64,000 bases of DNA. Source: an uncultured Bacillales bacterium. Lineage in GTDB: Bacteria; Bacillota_I; Bacilli_A; RFN20; CAG-449. Location of the stretch: contig CAMCEE010000001.1 in assembly GCA_945873815.1 (NCBI GenBank), forward strand, positions 75,897 through 139,896, given 5' to 3'. Positions 38,190 through 49,407 of the stretch are shown here, piece by piece. The translations under genes and the position numbers were made by a program. The notes under the pieces are model-generated. The model did no database searches. It was not told where the DNA came from and saw only the letters and a program-made list of their open reading frames with translations. Position 1 is the first letter of the stretch. Every line of letters begins with the position of its first letter.

Positions 38190-40295
38190 ATGGCACGTGA
38201 TGTAAAAATTGAAATGACTCGTAATATCGGTATCATGGCTCACATCGATGCTGGTAAGACAACATGTTCAGAAAGAATCTTATTCTACACAGGTAAGATT
38301 TACAAAATCGGCGAAACTCACGATGGTTCTGCAACAATGGACTGGATGAAGCAAGAACAAGATAGAGGTATTACAATTACTTCTGCTGCTACAACATGCT
38401 ATTGGGAAAAAGAACAATGGAAAGAAGGACATGCAGCTACAGGTAAGTACAGAATTAACTTAATCGACACTCCTGGTCACGTTGACTTCACAGCTGAAGT
38501 TGAACGTTCACTTCGTGTTCTCGATGGTGCTGTTACTGTTCTTGATGGTAAAAACGGTGTTGAACCACAAACTGAAACAGTTTGGAGACAAGCTACAAAA
38601 TATAACGTACCAAGAATCGTATTTGTTAACAAATTAGACGCTATCGGTGCTGACTTTGAAATGTCATGGAAATCAGTTGGACAAAAATTAGGCGTTAATG
38701 CATGCCCAATTCAATATCCAATCGGTCTTGAATCACAATTAAAAGGTATCATTGATATCGTTAAGATGGAAGCATGGAGATATCCTGATGAAAAAGGTGC
38801 TCAACCAGTTAAGATTGATATGCCAGAAGAATACAAAGCAAGATGCGAAGAATTAAGAGCTCTCTTAATTGAAAAACTTGCAAACTACGATGATGAATTC
38901 ATGATGAAAGTCTTAGAAGGTGAAGAACCAACTATTGACGAAATCAAAGCTGTTTTAAGAAAAGCTGTCTTAACATCAGAATTCTTCCCAGTATGCTGTG
39001 GTTCAGCATATAAGAACAAAGGTGTTCAACATTTATTAGACTGTGTCATTGACTACTTACCAGCTCCAACAGATATTGCAAAAGCTAAAGGTACAGATGA
39101 AAACGGTAATGAAATTGAATGTGAACCAAGTGATGATGCTCCACTTGCAGCATTAGCTTTCAAGATTATGACTGACCCATTCGTTGGTAAGTTAGCATTC
39201 TTCAGAGTTTACTCAGGTATCGCAAAAGCAGGTTCATATGTCTATAACTCAACAAAAGGTGTTAAAGAAAGATTCTCTCGTTTAGTTATTATGAACTCAA
39301 TCAAGAGAGAAGAAGTTGAAGAAGTTCCAGCAGGTGATATCGGTGCTGCAGTTGGTTTAAAAGCAACTACAACAGGTGATACATTATGTGATGAAAATCA
39401 CCAAATCATTCTTGAATCAATTAAATTCTCAGATCCAGTTATCTCAGAAGCTATTGAACCAAAATCAAAGAATGATCAAGAAAAAATGACAAATGGATTA
39501 ATCAAATTATCCGAAGAAGATCCTACATTTAGATTCTTCACAAACAAAGAAACAGGCCAATCAATTATCGCTGGTGTTGGTGAACTTCACCTCGATGTTA
39601 TGGTTACAAGATTAAAAGATGAATTCGGCGTTCAAGTTAATGTCGGTGCTCCACAAGTTGCTTATAGAGAAACAATCCGTAAGACAGCAGAATGTGAAGG
39701 TAAATACATTAAACAATCTGGTGGTCATGGTCAATATGGTCACGTTTGGATCAAATTCGAACCAAATCCAGGAAAAGGATTCGAATTCGTTGATGCAGTT
39801 GTTGGTGGTGTTGTTCCAAAAGAATTTATTAAACCTACAGCTGATGGATTAAAAGATTCCCTCGATAGAGGTTTAGTTGCAGGCTTCCCAATCATTGATA
39901 TCAAAGCAACATTATTTGATGGTTCATCACACGATGTTGACTCAAGTGAAGCTGCATATAAGGTTGCTGCATCCTTAGCTTTAAAAGAAGCAGCAAAGAA
40001 ATGTGATCCAGTCATTCTCGAACCAATCGAAAAAGTCGAAATCACAGTTCCATCTGAATATTTAGGTGACGTCATGGGTGATATCTCATCAAGACGTGGT
40101 GAAATCTGCGGACAAACAGAAAAAGGTAATGCACAAATTATCGACGCAATGGTTCCACTTGCAAATATGTTCGGATATGTTACAGACTTACGTTCTATGA
40201 CTAAAGGACGTGCATCTTATACAATGGAAATGGACCACTATGCTGAATGTCCAAAATTCATTCAAGATGAAATTATCAAAAAGTCACAAAAGTAG
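38190..40295 (+). CDS. fusA: Elongation factor G
   Basis: [20 protein letters not shown] and NKLD G-motifs, with full-length domains II-V. Confidence 0.95.
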   Translation: MARDVKIEMTRNIGIMAHIDAGKTTCSERILFYTGKIYKIGETHDGSATMDWMKQEQDRGITITSAATTCYWEKEQWKEGHAATGKYRINLIDTPGHVDFTAEVERSLRVLDGAVTVLDGKNGVEPQTETVWRQATKYNVPRIVFVNKLDAIGADFEMSWKSVGQKLGVNACPIQYPIGLESQLKGIIDIVKMEAWRYPDEKGAQPVKIDMPEEYKARCEELRALLIEKLANYDDEFMMKVLEGEEPTIDEIKAVLRKAVLTSEFFPVCCGSAYKNKGVQHLLDCVIDYLPAPTDIAKAKGTDENGNEIECEPSDDAPLAALAFKIMTDPFVGKLAFFRVYSGIAKAGSYVYNSTKGVKERFSRLVIMNSIKREEVEEVPAGDIGAAVGLKATTTGDTLCDENHQIILESIKFSDPVISEAIEPKSKNDQEKMTNGLIKLSEEDPTFRFFTNKETGQSIIAGVGELHLDVMVTRLKDEFGVQVNVGAPQVAYRETIRKTAECEGKYIKQSGGHGQYGHVWIKFEPNPGKGFEFVDAVVGGVVPKEFIKPTADGLKDSLDRGLVAGFPIIDIKATLFDGSSHDVDSSEAAYKVAASLALKEAAKKCDPVILEPIEKVEITVPSEYLGDVMGDISSRRGEICGQTEKGNAQIIDAMVPLANMFGYVTDLRSMTKGRASYTMEMDHYAECPKFIQDEIIKKSQK

Positions 40296-40389
40296 TTATA
40301 TAATCAGTTAGAATATTGATTTTATAAAATAAATGCTATATTATGAATACGTTGAAATTCAAAATTATTAATTAGGAGGAATTCACAAA

Positions 40390-41574
40390 ATGGCAAAAGA
40401 AAAATTTGACAGAAGTAAAACTCACGTCAACATTGGTACAATCGGACACGTTGACCATGGTAAAACAACTTTAACAGCTGCTATTACAACTGTTTTAGCA
40501 AAAAAAGGCTTATCTGAGAAGAAAGCATACGATCAAATCGATGCTGCACCAGAAGAAAAAGCACGTGGTATTACAATTAACACAGCTCACATCGAATACC
40601 AAACAGCAACAAGACACTATGCTCACGTTGACTGCCCAGGCCATGCTGACTATGTTAAAAATATGATTACTGGTGCTGCTCAAATGGACGGCGCAATCTT
40701 AGTCGTTGCAGCAACAGACGGCGTTATGCCACAAACAAGAGAACACATCTTATTAGCAAGACAAGTTGGTGTTCCATACATCGTTGTATTCTTAAACAAA
40801 GTTGACCTTGTTGATGATCCAGAATTAATCGACTTAGTCGAAATGGATGTTAGAGAAGTATTATCAAGCTATGGTTTCCCAGGCGATGAAACTCCAATCA
40901 TTCGTGGTTCAGCAAGAGGCGCATTAGAAGGCGATCCAAAATATGAAAACGCAATTATGGAATTAATGGATGCATGTGATTCATATATTCCAGCTCCAGC
41001 AAGAGATACAGACAAACCATTCTTATTAGCTATTGAAGACGTCTTAACAATTACAGGCCGTGGAACAGTTGTTACAGGTAGAGTTGAAAGAGGCGTTGTT
41101 AAAATGGGTGAAGAAGTTGAAATCGTTGGTATCAAACCTACAATTAAATCAGTTGTTACAGGTATCGAAATGTTCAGAAAAACACTCGATTCAGCAGAAG
41201 CTGGTGATAATGCAGGTATCTTATTAAGAGGTGTCAACCGTGACCAAGTCGTTCGTGGACAAGTCTTAGCAAAACCTGGCACAGTTACTCCACATACAAA
41301 ATTCAATGCTAAAGTTTACGTTTTAACAAAAGAAGAAGGTGGACGTCATACTGCATTCTTATCAAACTACAGACCACAATTCTATTTCCGTACAACAGAT
41401 ATTACAGGTGTAATTACACTTCCTGCAGGTACAGATATGGTTATGCCTGGTGATAACGTTGAATTAACAGTTGAATTAATTCACCCAGTTGCAATTGAAA
41501 ATGGTACAAAGTTCTCAATCCGTGAAGGTGGTAGAACAGTTGGTGCTGGTTCAGTTACAGAAATCATCAAATAG
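40390..41574 (+). CDS. tuf: Elongation factor Tu
   Basis: [18 protein letters not shown] and NKVD motifs. Confidence 0.95.
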   Translation: MAKEKFDRSKTHVNIGTIGHVDHGKTTLTAAITTVLAKKGLSEKKAYDQIDAAPEEKARGITINTAHIEYQTATRHYAHVDCPGHADYVKNMITGAAQMDGAILVVAATDGVMPQTREHILLARQVGVPYIVVFLNKVDLVDDPELIDLVEMDVREVLSSYGFPGDETPIIRGSARGALEGDPKYENAIMELMDACDSYIPAPARDTDKPFLLAIEDVLTITGRGTVVTGRVERGVVKMGEEVEIVGIKPTIKSVVTGIEMFRKTLDSAEAGDNAGILLRGVNRDQVVRGQVLAKPGTVTPHTKFNAKVYVLTKEEGGRHTAFLSNYRPQFYFRTTDITGVITLPAGTDMVMPGDNVELTVELIHPVAIENGTKFSIREGGRTVGAGSVTEIIK

Positions 41575-41591
41575 TTTGACTAATTAAATCA

Positions 41592-41632
41592 ATTAAAGAG
41601 TTGGTATTTATAAATATCAGCTCTTTTTTTGC
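41592..41632 (+). terminator. Probable rho-independent terminator after tuf
   Basis: Imperfect hairpin (AGAG..TATTTA/TAAATA..CTCT) followed by TTTTTTT. Confidence 0.45.
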
Positions 41633-41900
41633 GTTTATAAAACTATAAATTGAACTTATGTATTATTAATTACAAAAAGTGAGATTTCTTGATAAATACT
41701 AGACTAATATAAGTAATGTTTAAGATATTTGTAAAGTGGATTTTTTGCTTTTTATATTAGAAATATTTAATGTATCTTTTTTGTTAGATTAATAGTCTTA
41801 CAATTATCTTTTTAGCATAAAATTACCCATTGAATAACAATTGAAACTATGAGATAATATCACTTGTGAAGTCTTTTAAGACTTATTTGCGGAGAAAAAC

Positions 41901-42950
41901 ATGAAACAAACTATTACATTCCAACGTGCATCAATATTCAGAAGAATATGTTCTGCGCTTTTTGATTTTATTATTTTCTTTGTACTATTAATGCTTACGC
42001 AAGCATATGTTTTTGCACCAATTATTAGTTCAGTTAGTGACTATAATGTAAAATATCAAGAATATTACAATGCTTGCCTTGATTCTAAATTATATATGCC
42101 TGTAGATGATCAAAATGTTAAATATATTTATGAAGATAAGCAATTCATCGATTATTACATGGTTAATAATATTGGCTTAACATTAGAGGATTACAATAAA
42201 GCTAAAAAGGAAGCTACACCTTATACTGTTAATAATGTTGAATATCCTTTGTTTATTGAATCTCCTATAGGAAGTGGTACTTACGTTGAAAACGTAACAG
42301 ATGATAATGCAGTTAATGAGCAATTGAATTACAAAAGAGATTCATTCTATTTACAACATGCTTCAGATATTTATGTAAAGTTTGTTAATCATGAAAACAA
42401 TAAAGATTTTGCTGCTTTAGCAACTTATTTAAGTGGATTAATTTCTTTATCTTATATTTTCGCACTTATCTTTTCAACATTGTTTACTTATTTGTTATTC
42501 CCAATGATTTTCAAAGATAGAGCAACTTTAGGTAAGAAAATGTTCCATTTCACCCTTATTAGTTTGAAGGATGCTAAAACGGCTTCTAGATTCCAAGTTT
42601 TTGCTAGATTTGTTTATTTTGCGATTACTTCAGTTGTTTTTGGAATATTGACTTTTGGTCTCACTCCATTCATTTCCTTATTAATCATTCCTGTTACATC
42701 AAAACGTCAAACTTTACACGATTTGATGGCAAGAACTGCAGTTGTTAATAACTCACTTAATACAGGAGATGAAAGAGACTTATTCTCATATGAGATTGAT
42801 GATGGATTGCCTGAACCTGAATCTAATGATTCAGCTAATGTTGTTGATGCAGAATTTGTAGACGTAGAAATTACCCCTGAAGAAGTATACGGAACAAATG
42901 TTAATGACGAAAATAATGAAAAGACAAATGATAGTAGAGACGGAGAATAG
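41901..42950 (+). CDS. RDD-family membrane protein with large extracytoplasmic insert
   Basis: RRICSALFDFIIFFVL, RATLGKKMFHFTLIS and RQTLHDLMARTAVV match RDD-domain motifs. The C-terminal tail is acidic. Confidence 0.6.
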   Translation: MKQTITFQRASIFRRICSALFDFIIFFVLLMLTQAYVFAPIISSVSDYNVKYQEYYNACLDSKLYMPVDDQNVKYIYEDKQFIDYYMVNNIGLTLEDYNKAKKEATPYTVNNVEYPLFIESPIGSGTYVENVTDDNAVNEQLNYKRDSFYLQHASDIYVKFVNHENNKDFAALATYLSGLISLSYIFALIFSTLFTYLLFPMIFKDRATLGKKMFHFTLISLKDAKTASRFQVFARFVYFAITSVVFGILTFGLTPFISLLIIPVTSKRQTLHDLMARTAVVNNSLNTGDERDLFSYEIDDGLPEPESNDSANVVDAEFVDVEITPEEVYGTNVNDENNEKTNDSRDGE

Positions 42951-42965
42951 AATTTATCTTTATTT

Positions 42966-43757
42966 ATGGCACGTGAAATAAAAAAAGTAGAAACAGAAAA
43001 GGATTCAATATACGATTCAAGACCTGCTAAACCTGTAAAAAGAATTGCTGCTTGGATTGTCGATATGATATTAATGCTAGTCGTTGCAACTGGGATTGCA
43101 TGGCTTGTTTCTCTTTGCTATGGATATGATAATTATAACAATATCATTGAACAAAAATACGTTGAATATGGACTTAAATATGAGTCTAGTGAAGAGCCTG
43201 GAAAATATATTTATTGCGATTATCCAAGTGATAAGGATTGTCAAGATAAATGGGAAAAATGCAAGAACGATCCAGAATTCTATAAAGCATATGAGATGCG
43301 CGTAAAAGGTGGACCTATTATTCTTGCAACTTCTTTAAGTTTGACTTTATTAATTTTTGAAGGAATCTTACCAATTTGTTTAAAACATGGAAGAACGATT
43401 GGTATGAGGTTTTTTGGTGTGGGATATGTAACTGAGGATGGTATCGAACCTCCAGTAAGTTCTATCCTTGTTAGATTCATTTTTGGAAAGCTTATTTTAG
43501 GAGGACTAATACCTTTATTTAGTCTGATGTATATAATTAATGGCAGTGGTTTTGGATTAGTTGGCATAATCGCTCTAATTCTTTACTTCGGCGTCAATGG
43601 ATACTTATTAGTTTTCACTAAAGAAAAGAGATGTATCCATGACTACATCGCTAGAATGAGACCAGTAGATAATGATAATCAAATTTATATCAAAACTACC
43701 GATGAATTAGCAACTTTAAAGGCAGAAGAGGCTATGAATCGTGGACCTATAAAATAA
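42966..43757 (+). CDS. RDD-family membrane protein (tandem paralog)
   Basis: VKRIAAWIVDMILMLVV, HGRTIGMRFFGVGYV and RCIHDYIARMRPV. Confidence 0.6.
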   Translation: MAREIKKVETEKDSIYDSRPAKPVKRIAAWIVDMILMLVVATGIAWLVSLCYGYDNYNNIIEQKYVEYGLKYESSEEPGKYIYCDYPSDKDCQDKWEKCKNDPEFYKAYEMRVKGGPIILATSLSLTLLIFEGILPICLKHGRTIGMRFFGVGYVTEDGIEPPVSSILVRFIFGKLILGGLIPLFSLMYIINGSGFGLVGIIALILYFGVNGYLLVFTKEKRCIHDYIARMRPVDNDNQIYIKTTDELATLKAEEAMNRGPIK

Positions 43758-43872
43758 TTATTATTTTATCTAGAAATTTATCGTATTGACATAAAGGTTT
43801 ATGCCAATTAAAATTAAATTAAGAAATAAGATAATTATAAATTATCTAGGTTTCTAGAAAAGGAATTAAAAT

Positions 43873-44466
43873 ATGCAAGAAAGAGTATTAGGATCATTAA
43901 TAATGGGTGGTATTGCTCTAATAGGTATTGTTTGGGGATGTATCGAAGGTATCGCTCCTTTATCTGATGCAAAAAAAGATGAAGCAGTTCTTGAAACATC
44001 ATTAAAAGAAACAATTAAAGACTTTAACACCGATAATTTGTCAAATTTTGATTGTAAAATGGCTAAGTATTCAACACTTTCTAATGGAAGTAGTAAAAGA
44101 CCAAAAGTTGTTATGTTTATCGATATGTATGGATATACAGATGATAATAAAACTTTCGTAATTGGAGTTCAAACAACTAATGATTACATTCTTACATTAA
44201 GTGAGAAATTGATTGCAATGCTTGGACCAGATGCAACGAAAGAAGACTTAGATAGAGAAAAAGAATTAGACGCAAATAGAATGAACTCTGATGTTTATCA
44301 AAATCATACAATGGTTACATCTAAGGAGCTCAATAAAGTATTAGCCGATGAAAATACTAAGGTTTATAAATATGCTATCGATAATGACACTAAGTATCGC
44401 GTTGACTATTCTGTTGAAGATGGTAAAATAGTTGAAAAAATAGTAGTTGACGTACGACAAAAATAA
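43873..44466 (+). CDS. Membrane-anchored hypothetical protein, first gene of the ABC/nuclease locus
   Basis: Single N-terminal TM helix and a soluble domain without motifs. There is an 18-nt gap to the ABC ATPase gene. Confidence 0.5.
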   Translation: MQERVLGSLIMGGIALIGIVWGCIEGIAPLSDAKKDEAVLETSLKETIKDFNTDNLSNFDCKMAKYSTLSNGSSKRPKVVMFIDMYGYTDDNKTFVIGVQTTNDYILTLSEKLIAMLGPDATKEDLDREKELDANRMNSDVYQNHTMVTSKELNKVLADENTKVYKYAIDNDTKYRVDYSVEDGKIVEKIVVDVRQK

Positions 44467-44484
44467 TTACAAGGAGAAGAAAAG

Positions 44485-45762
44485 ATGAAAGTAGTATTAA
44501 AAAATTTAACAAAGATCTTTCAAAGCAGAAATGGAAATGGAAAAGAAGTAATCGCTGTTAATAACTTCGATTTTGAAATTCCAGATGGTAAATTGATTGG
44601 ACTTTTAGGACCTTCTGGTTGTGGTAAATCAACAACATTATTCATGATCAGTGGACTTTTAAAACAAAGCTCAGGTCAAATTTTCTTCGGAGATGATGAT
44701 GTTACAAATCTCCCTGCTGAAAAAAGAGGAGTTGGCTTAGTATTCCAAAACTATGCTTTATATCCACACATGACTGTTAAACAAAACATCATGTTCCCAT
44801 TACAAAATCAAAAAATGCCTAAGGCTGAAATTATGCAAAGAGTAGTTGAAGCTGCTAAATTAGTTCAAATTGATGAATTATTAGATCGTAAGCCTAGTGA
44901 ATTATCAGGTGGTCAACAACAACGTGTTGCGATTGCAAGAGCTCTTGTTAAGAGTCCAAATGTTCTTTTATTAGATGAACCATTATCAAACTTGGATGCT
45001 CGTTTAAGATTACAAACTCGTGAGGAAATTAGACGTATTCAAAGAGATACAAATGTTACAACAATCTTCGTTACACATGACCAAGAAGAAGCTATGTCAA
45101 TTAGTGACTTAATCGTTGTTATGAAATTAGGTGTTGTTCAACAAATTGATGAACCTCAAAAAGTATATGATAATCCTGTAAACTTATTCGTTGCTAAATT
45201 CTTAGGTACTCCACCAATTAACGTATTCCGTGGAAAAATTGAAAATAAGACATTATACATCGGCGATGAAAAGATTATGAAATTTGATCACGATGATCAA
45301 GAAGTCTATGTTGGTATTAGACCAGAAGGATTCATCGTTAACGATAAAGGTGTTTTATCAACAAAATTCGTTTCTAGAGAAGTTATGGGTAGAGATAGCT
45401 CTGTCGTTTCAAAATCAGATGCTTCAGAAACTCCAATTATTAGATCAATTGTCGATTCTGATAAGGTAATTAATCCAGATGAAAATGGTATGGTTCATTT
45501 TGATATTAAACCTAACAAGATCTTCGTTTTCAATAGAGAAACAGAGGAAAGATTATTATCTGGTGTAAATACAAAAAATGCTGAAGAAGCTCCAGTAGCT
45601 GAAACTCCTGTTGAAGAAACAGTAACTACTGAAGAAATTCCAGAGGTAGTAGATGCTTCAGAGGCTCCTGTAGAAGCTCCAAAGAAAACTACTACAAAGA
45701 AAACTACTACAAAAAAGACAGTAGCAAAGAAAACAACGAAAAATGCTGAAGAAGAAAAATAG
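44485..45762 (+). CDS. ABC transporter ATP-binding protein, MalK/MsmK-like (CUT1), with a Lys/Thr-rich C-terminal tail
   Basis: Walker A GPSGCGKST, signature LSGGQQQRVAIARA and Walker B LLLDEPLSNLD, followed by a MalK-like regulatory domain and then KKTTTKKTTTKKTVAKKTTK. Confidence 0.85.
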   Translation: MKVVLKNLTKIFQSRNGNGKEVIAVNNFDFEIPDGKLIGLLGPSGCGKSTTLFMISGLLKQSSGQIFFGDDDVTNLPAEKRGVGLVFQNYALYPHMTVKQNIMFPLQNQKMPKAEIMQRVVEAAKLVQIDELLDRKPSELSGGQQQRVAIARALVKSPNVLLLDEPLSNLDARLRLQTREEIRRIQRDTNVTTIFVTHDQEEAMSISDLIVVMKLGVVQQIDEPQKVYDNPVNLFVAKFLGTPPINVFRGKIENKTLYIGDEKIMKFDHDDQEVYVGIRPEGFIVNDKGVLSTKFVSREVMGRDSSVVSKSDASETPIIRSIVDSDKVINPDENGMVHFDIKPNKIFVFNRETEERLLSGVNTKNAEEAPVAETPVEETVTTEEIPEVVDASEAPVEAPKKTTTKKTTTKKTVAKKTTKNAEEEK

Positions 45763-45776
45763 GAGGATAGGTTAAC

Positions 45777-46811
45777 ATGGTCGATTCAAAACAACAATGG
45801 AAAGCCTGGTTATACCTTCTACCTGCATTAATTCTTCTTGCAGTATTTACAGTTTATCCGATTATTAATACAGTTCGTATTTCAATCCTAGAAGGATATA
45901 AACCACTAGCTGCAATCGGTGGGGAAAGATATCCTCTCGGTATCGGAAACTTTACAAAGGTTATTTCTTATAAAGGCTTTACTACTTGCTTAACAAACAC
46001 ATTGTTATTATGTGTTCTTACAGTTCCAATTTCATGCTTCTTAGCATTACTTGTATCTGTATGCTTAAATTCAATTAATCGTTTAGGAAAAGTATTACAA
46101 ACAATATACTTCTTACCATATGTTACAAATACAATTGCTATTGGTATGGTATTCGCAATGATGTTTAATATCGTTGGATTAAAACAAGTTAACGTTGCAG
46201 AATACTTAAGCACTGGTGGTCAATACACTATTTATAACATCTATACAGACGTAAATGGAGAAAAATGGGGATTCGTTGCTCAATCATGGGGCATTATCAA
46301 TAACCTTCTTCAATTATTCGGAATTAATCCAGTAAACTGGATTAACTCAGGTGGTAATATTAACGGCGGTTCTTCAACATATGTTGCTAATATTGCAGTC
46401 ATGGTCGTCTATATTGTTTGGAACGCATTACCATTTAAGATTTTAATTCTTCTTGGTGGTTTACAATCAGTCAATAAACAATATTACGATGCGGCAAAAA
46501 TCGATGGTACCTCAAGAGTTCGAACCTTCTGGAGGATTACCGTTCCTCTATTGTCCCCAATGTTAGCTTACGTTATTATTACTGGATTCATTGGTGGTTT
46601 CAAAGAGTATTCAAGTATTGTCGGTATATTTGGTGAAGGTATGGGTCCTTCAGGAAATGGATCGTTACAAACTATCGTTGGTTACATCTATGATGCATTA
46701 AAAACAGACTCATATGGTACGGCATCTGCTGCATCATTAATCTTATTCGGAATTATCTTAATAGTTACATTAATCAATTTATATGTAAGTAGTAAGAAAG
46801 TTCACTATTAA
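45777..46811 (+). CDS. ABC transporter permease (MalF/UgpA-like)
   Basis: Six-TM permease with the EAA-like motif AAKIDGTSRVRTFWRITVPLLSP. Confidence 0.8.
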   Translation: MVDSKQQWKAWLYLLPALILLAVFTVYPIINTVRISILEGYKPLAAIGGERYPLGIGNFTKVISYKGFTTCLTNTLLLCVLTVPISCFLALLVSVCLNSINRLGKVLQTIYFLPYVTNTIAIGMVFAMMFNIVGLKQVNVAEYLSTGGQYTIYNIYTDVNGEKWGFVAQSWGIINNLLQLFGINPVNWINSGGNINGGSSTYVANIAVMVVYIVWNALPFKILILLGGLQSVNKQYYDAAKIDGTSRVRTFWRITVPLLSPMLAYVIITGFIGGFKEYSSIVGIFGEGMGPSGNGSLQTIVGYIYDALKTDSYGTASAASLILFGIILIVTLINLYVSSKKVHY

Positions 46812-46826
46812 TAGGAGGTGCGAAAC

Positions 46827-47774
46827 ATGGAAGAAAAAAGAAATGAATATTCAGCACTTACTAGCTCAAATAACTCACTTGCAGCATCTTTAAAAGAAGA
46901 TAGTAAAAATTACGATGTTAAGAAAGTAGAAAGAAATGCAAAGATTATTAAAATCGTTACTTCTATTCTAACTTACACATTCTTAATTCTCTTAGCAATA
47001 ATTGTTATCTTCCCATTCTATTGGATGTTGAACTCTTCGTTAAAATCATTAACAGAATATCAATTAACTAAACCTACATTCATTCCAAAACAATTTGTTT
47101 GGTCAAACTATGTTGAAGCATTTACTACAGCAAACTTAGGTACATTGTTTATCAATACATTATATGTAGGTCTCATCTCAACACTACTATCATTAGTAAT
47201 TACAGTTTTATCAGCATTTGCATTCGCAAGACTTGAATTCAAAGGTAGAGATTCAATCTTCGCATTCATGTTAGCAACAATGATGATTCCTGGTGAATTA
47301 TTCACAATTACTAACTATGCAACTGTAACAGTTACATTAAAATGGGGTAATACATTTACAGCATTAATCGTTCCATTCTTGGTATCTGTCTTCTATATTT
47401 ATTTATTAAGACAAAACTTTAAACAAATTCCAAATGAATTATATTTAGCTGCAAAGGTTGATGGTAAATCTGATATGGAATACTTACTTAAAGTTATGGT
47501 TCCATTATCACTTCCAACATTAATCTCCATCACAATCTTAAAGATGATGGGTGCATGGAACTCATACGTATGGCCTAGACTTGTTGCAAACGATGATGCT
47601 CACTCATTAATTACTAACGGATTAAGAAACGCATTCAGTGATAACTCAGGCCAAACTAACTATCCTGTTCAAATGGCTGCAGTTGCAATTGTATCCGCTC
47701 CACTATTTATCGTATTTATCTGCTTAAGAAAATACATTATGAAGGGTGTATCACGTAGCGGTATTAAAGGTTAA
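46827..47774 (+). CDS. ABC transporter permease (MalG/UgpE-like)
   Basis: EAA-like motif AAKVDGKSDMEYLLKVMVPLSLP. ATG at 46827 follows an AGGAGG RBS (the ORF track uses a GTG at 46818). Confidence 0.8.
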   Translation: MEEKRNEYSALTSSNNSLAASLKEDSKNYDVKKVERNAKIIKIVTSILTYTFLILLAIIVIFPFYWMLNSSLKSLTEYQLTKPTFIPKQFVWSNYVEAFTTANLGTLFINTLYVGLISTLLSLVITVLSAFAFARLEFKGRDSIFAFMLATMMIPGELFTITNYATVTVTLKWGNTFTALIVPFLVSVFYIYLLRQNFKQIPNELYLAAKVDGKSDMEYLLKVMVPLSLPTLISITILKMMGAWNSYVWPRLVANDDAHSLITNGLRNAFSDNSGQTNYPVQMAAVAIVSAPLFIVFICLRKYIMKGVSRSGIKG

Positions 47775-47837
47775 GAATTATGGCTCATTTGAGATAATGA
47801 GCCTTATTCTATATAAAAAAAAGAAAGGGAAAATAAA

Positions 47838-49376
47838 ATGAAAACAAAAAAGAAATTATTAACTGTATTGTCTCTTGTTGCAACAGTTGGTGCTTTAGTC
47901 GGTACTGTATCATGCAACGTAAGTAGTTCATCCTCATCAAGTACTAGCAATACAAACTCTAACAATAACTCAAGCACAGGTGTTACTTCATCTGCAGGTA
48001 TTACAGGTGCTGATTTGAATCCACATGCTGGTTCTTGGTTAATTCCAGAAGGTGGATTCGATACAGAAACTCCAGTTGAAATCAATTTCTATTCAACAAT
48101 GGGTAAAGAATTACAAGAAGTATATGATTTATACTATAAAGATTTCCATGATTTATATCCAAATATTACAGTCAATCATACTCAACCAGGTGGTTATGAT
48201 GATGTCAGAGATCAAATCAAAACTGAATTAGCAGTTGGTAATGGTCCAGATGTAGCTTATTGTTATCCTGATCACGTTGCACTTTATAACACTTCAAAAT
48301 CAGTTGTTACATTAGATAATCTTATGGATACAAAACTCAAAGTAAATGACAAAGAAGTTGGTCTTACTGATGAGCAATTAGATGATTATGTTGATGGATA
48401 TTTTGCAGAAGGCTATGCTTTCGGTGATGGTAAATTATATACACTTCCATTCTCAAAATCAACTGAAGTCCTTTATTATAATAAAACAGTATTTAATACA
48501 TTAAAATTAGAAGTACCAGATCATTGGTTTTCAACAGGAACTGAAGATAAAACTTCAATGGAATACGTTTGTGCAAAATTAAAAGAAGCATATCCAGATT
48601 GTACTCCATTAGGTTATGACTCAGAAGCAAACTGGTTCATTACAATGTGCGAGCAATTAAAAGCACCTTATACTTCAGCAAGTGGTGAAAAATTTAGATT
48701 CAACAATGATCAAAATAAAGATTTCGTTAAGAAATTCAAAACAATGTATGATAAGGGTTATTTCACAACTCAAACAAAATATGGTGCATATACTTCAGGT
48801 GCTTTCGTTAATGTAGATCCAACTGCAACTACATCATATATGTCAATTGGTTCTTCAGCTGGTGCTACTCACCAACGTCCTACTAAAGTTGATGGCGCTT
48901 ACCCATTTGATGTAGGTATCGCTCCAATCCCACAAGCAGATGCAAATAATAAAAAAGCAATTTCACAAGGACCATCAGTTTGTATCTTAAATCATAATGA
49001 TCCACAAAAAGTCATTGCTTCATGGTTATTTGTAAAATTCCTTACAACATCAGTTGAATTCCAAGCAGAATTCTCAATCAAATCTGGTTATATTCCAGTT
49101 TTAAAATCAGTTCAAGATAATCCAGTTTATAAAGCACACCTTGCAAAAGCAGATGGTGGAGATAATATTGCTGCATTATCATCAAAAGTATGTGTTGAAC
49201 AAGCAGATACATATTACACATCACCAGCATTCGTTGGTTCAAGTGAAGCACGTGACCAAGTAGGTAAAGTATTCGTTGGAGTACTTGATTTAAATGCAAG
49301 TGATGCAGATTATAACACAAAAGTTGATAAACTATTTAGCGATGCAATCGAAGAATGCAAATACGCTGCTGAATAA
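47838..49376 (+). CDS. ABC substrate-binding lipoprotein (solute-binding family 1), paralog 1
   Basis: Lipobox ALVGTVSC, Ser/Asn linker and an SBP_bac_1-like fold. Conserved blocks are shared with the next gene (LPFSKS.E.LYYNKT, VPDHWFST, TPLGYDS.ANWFITMCEQ). Confidence 0.8.
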   Translation: MKTKKKLLTVLSLVATVGALVGTVSCNVSSSSSSSTSNTNSNNNSSTGVTSSAGITGADLNPHAGSWLIPEGGFDTETPVEINFYSTMGKELQEVYDLYYKDFHDLYPNITVNHTQPGGYDDVRDQIKTELAVGNGPDVAYCYPDHVALYNTSKSVVTLDNLMDTKLKVNDKEVGLTDEQLDDYVDGYFAEGYAFGDGKLYTLPFSKSTEVLYYNKTVFNTLKLEVPDHWFSTGTEDKTSMEYVCAKLKEAYPDCTPLGYDSEANWFITMCEQLKAPYTSASGEKFRFNNDQNKDFVKKFKTMYDKGYFTTQTKYGAYTSGAFVNVDPTATTSYMSIGSSAGATHQRPTKVDGAYPFDVGIAPIPQADANNKKAISQGPSVCILNHNDPQKVIASWLFVKFLTTSVEFQAEFSIKSGYIPVLKSVQDNPVYKAHLAKADGGDNIAALSSKVCVEQADTYYTSPAFVGSSEARDQVGKVFVGVLDLNASDADYNTKVDKLFSDAIEECKYAAE

Positions 49377-49407
49377 TAGTAAATCAATCTTTTGAAAGGA
49401 GATTGAC

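Noticed and set aside
38390-38450. ~12-aa insertion ([15 protein letters not shown]) in the EF-G G-domain before the DTPGH motif.
   Set aside because: This loop is length-variable among bacterial EF-G proteins (E. coli also has an insert there), so it is not considered notable.
39740-41306. Minus-strand ORFs of 111 and 145 aa inside fusA and tuf.
   Set aside because: They lie entirely antisense to highly conserved, confidently identified genes and have low-complexity, Pro/Ser-rich translations typical of antisense frames of GC-richer genes.
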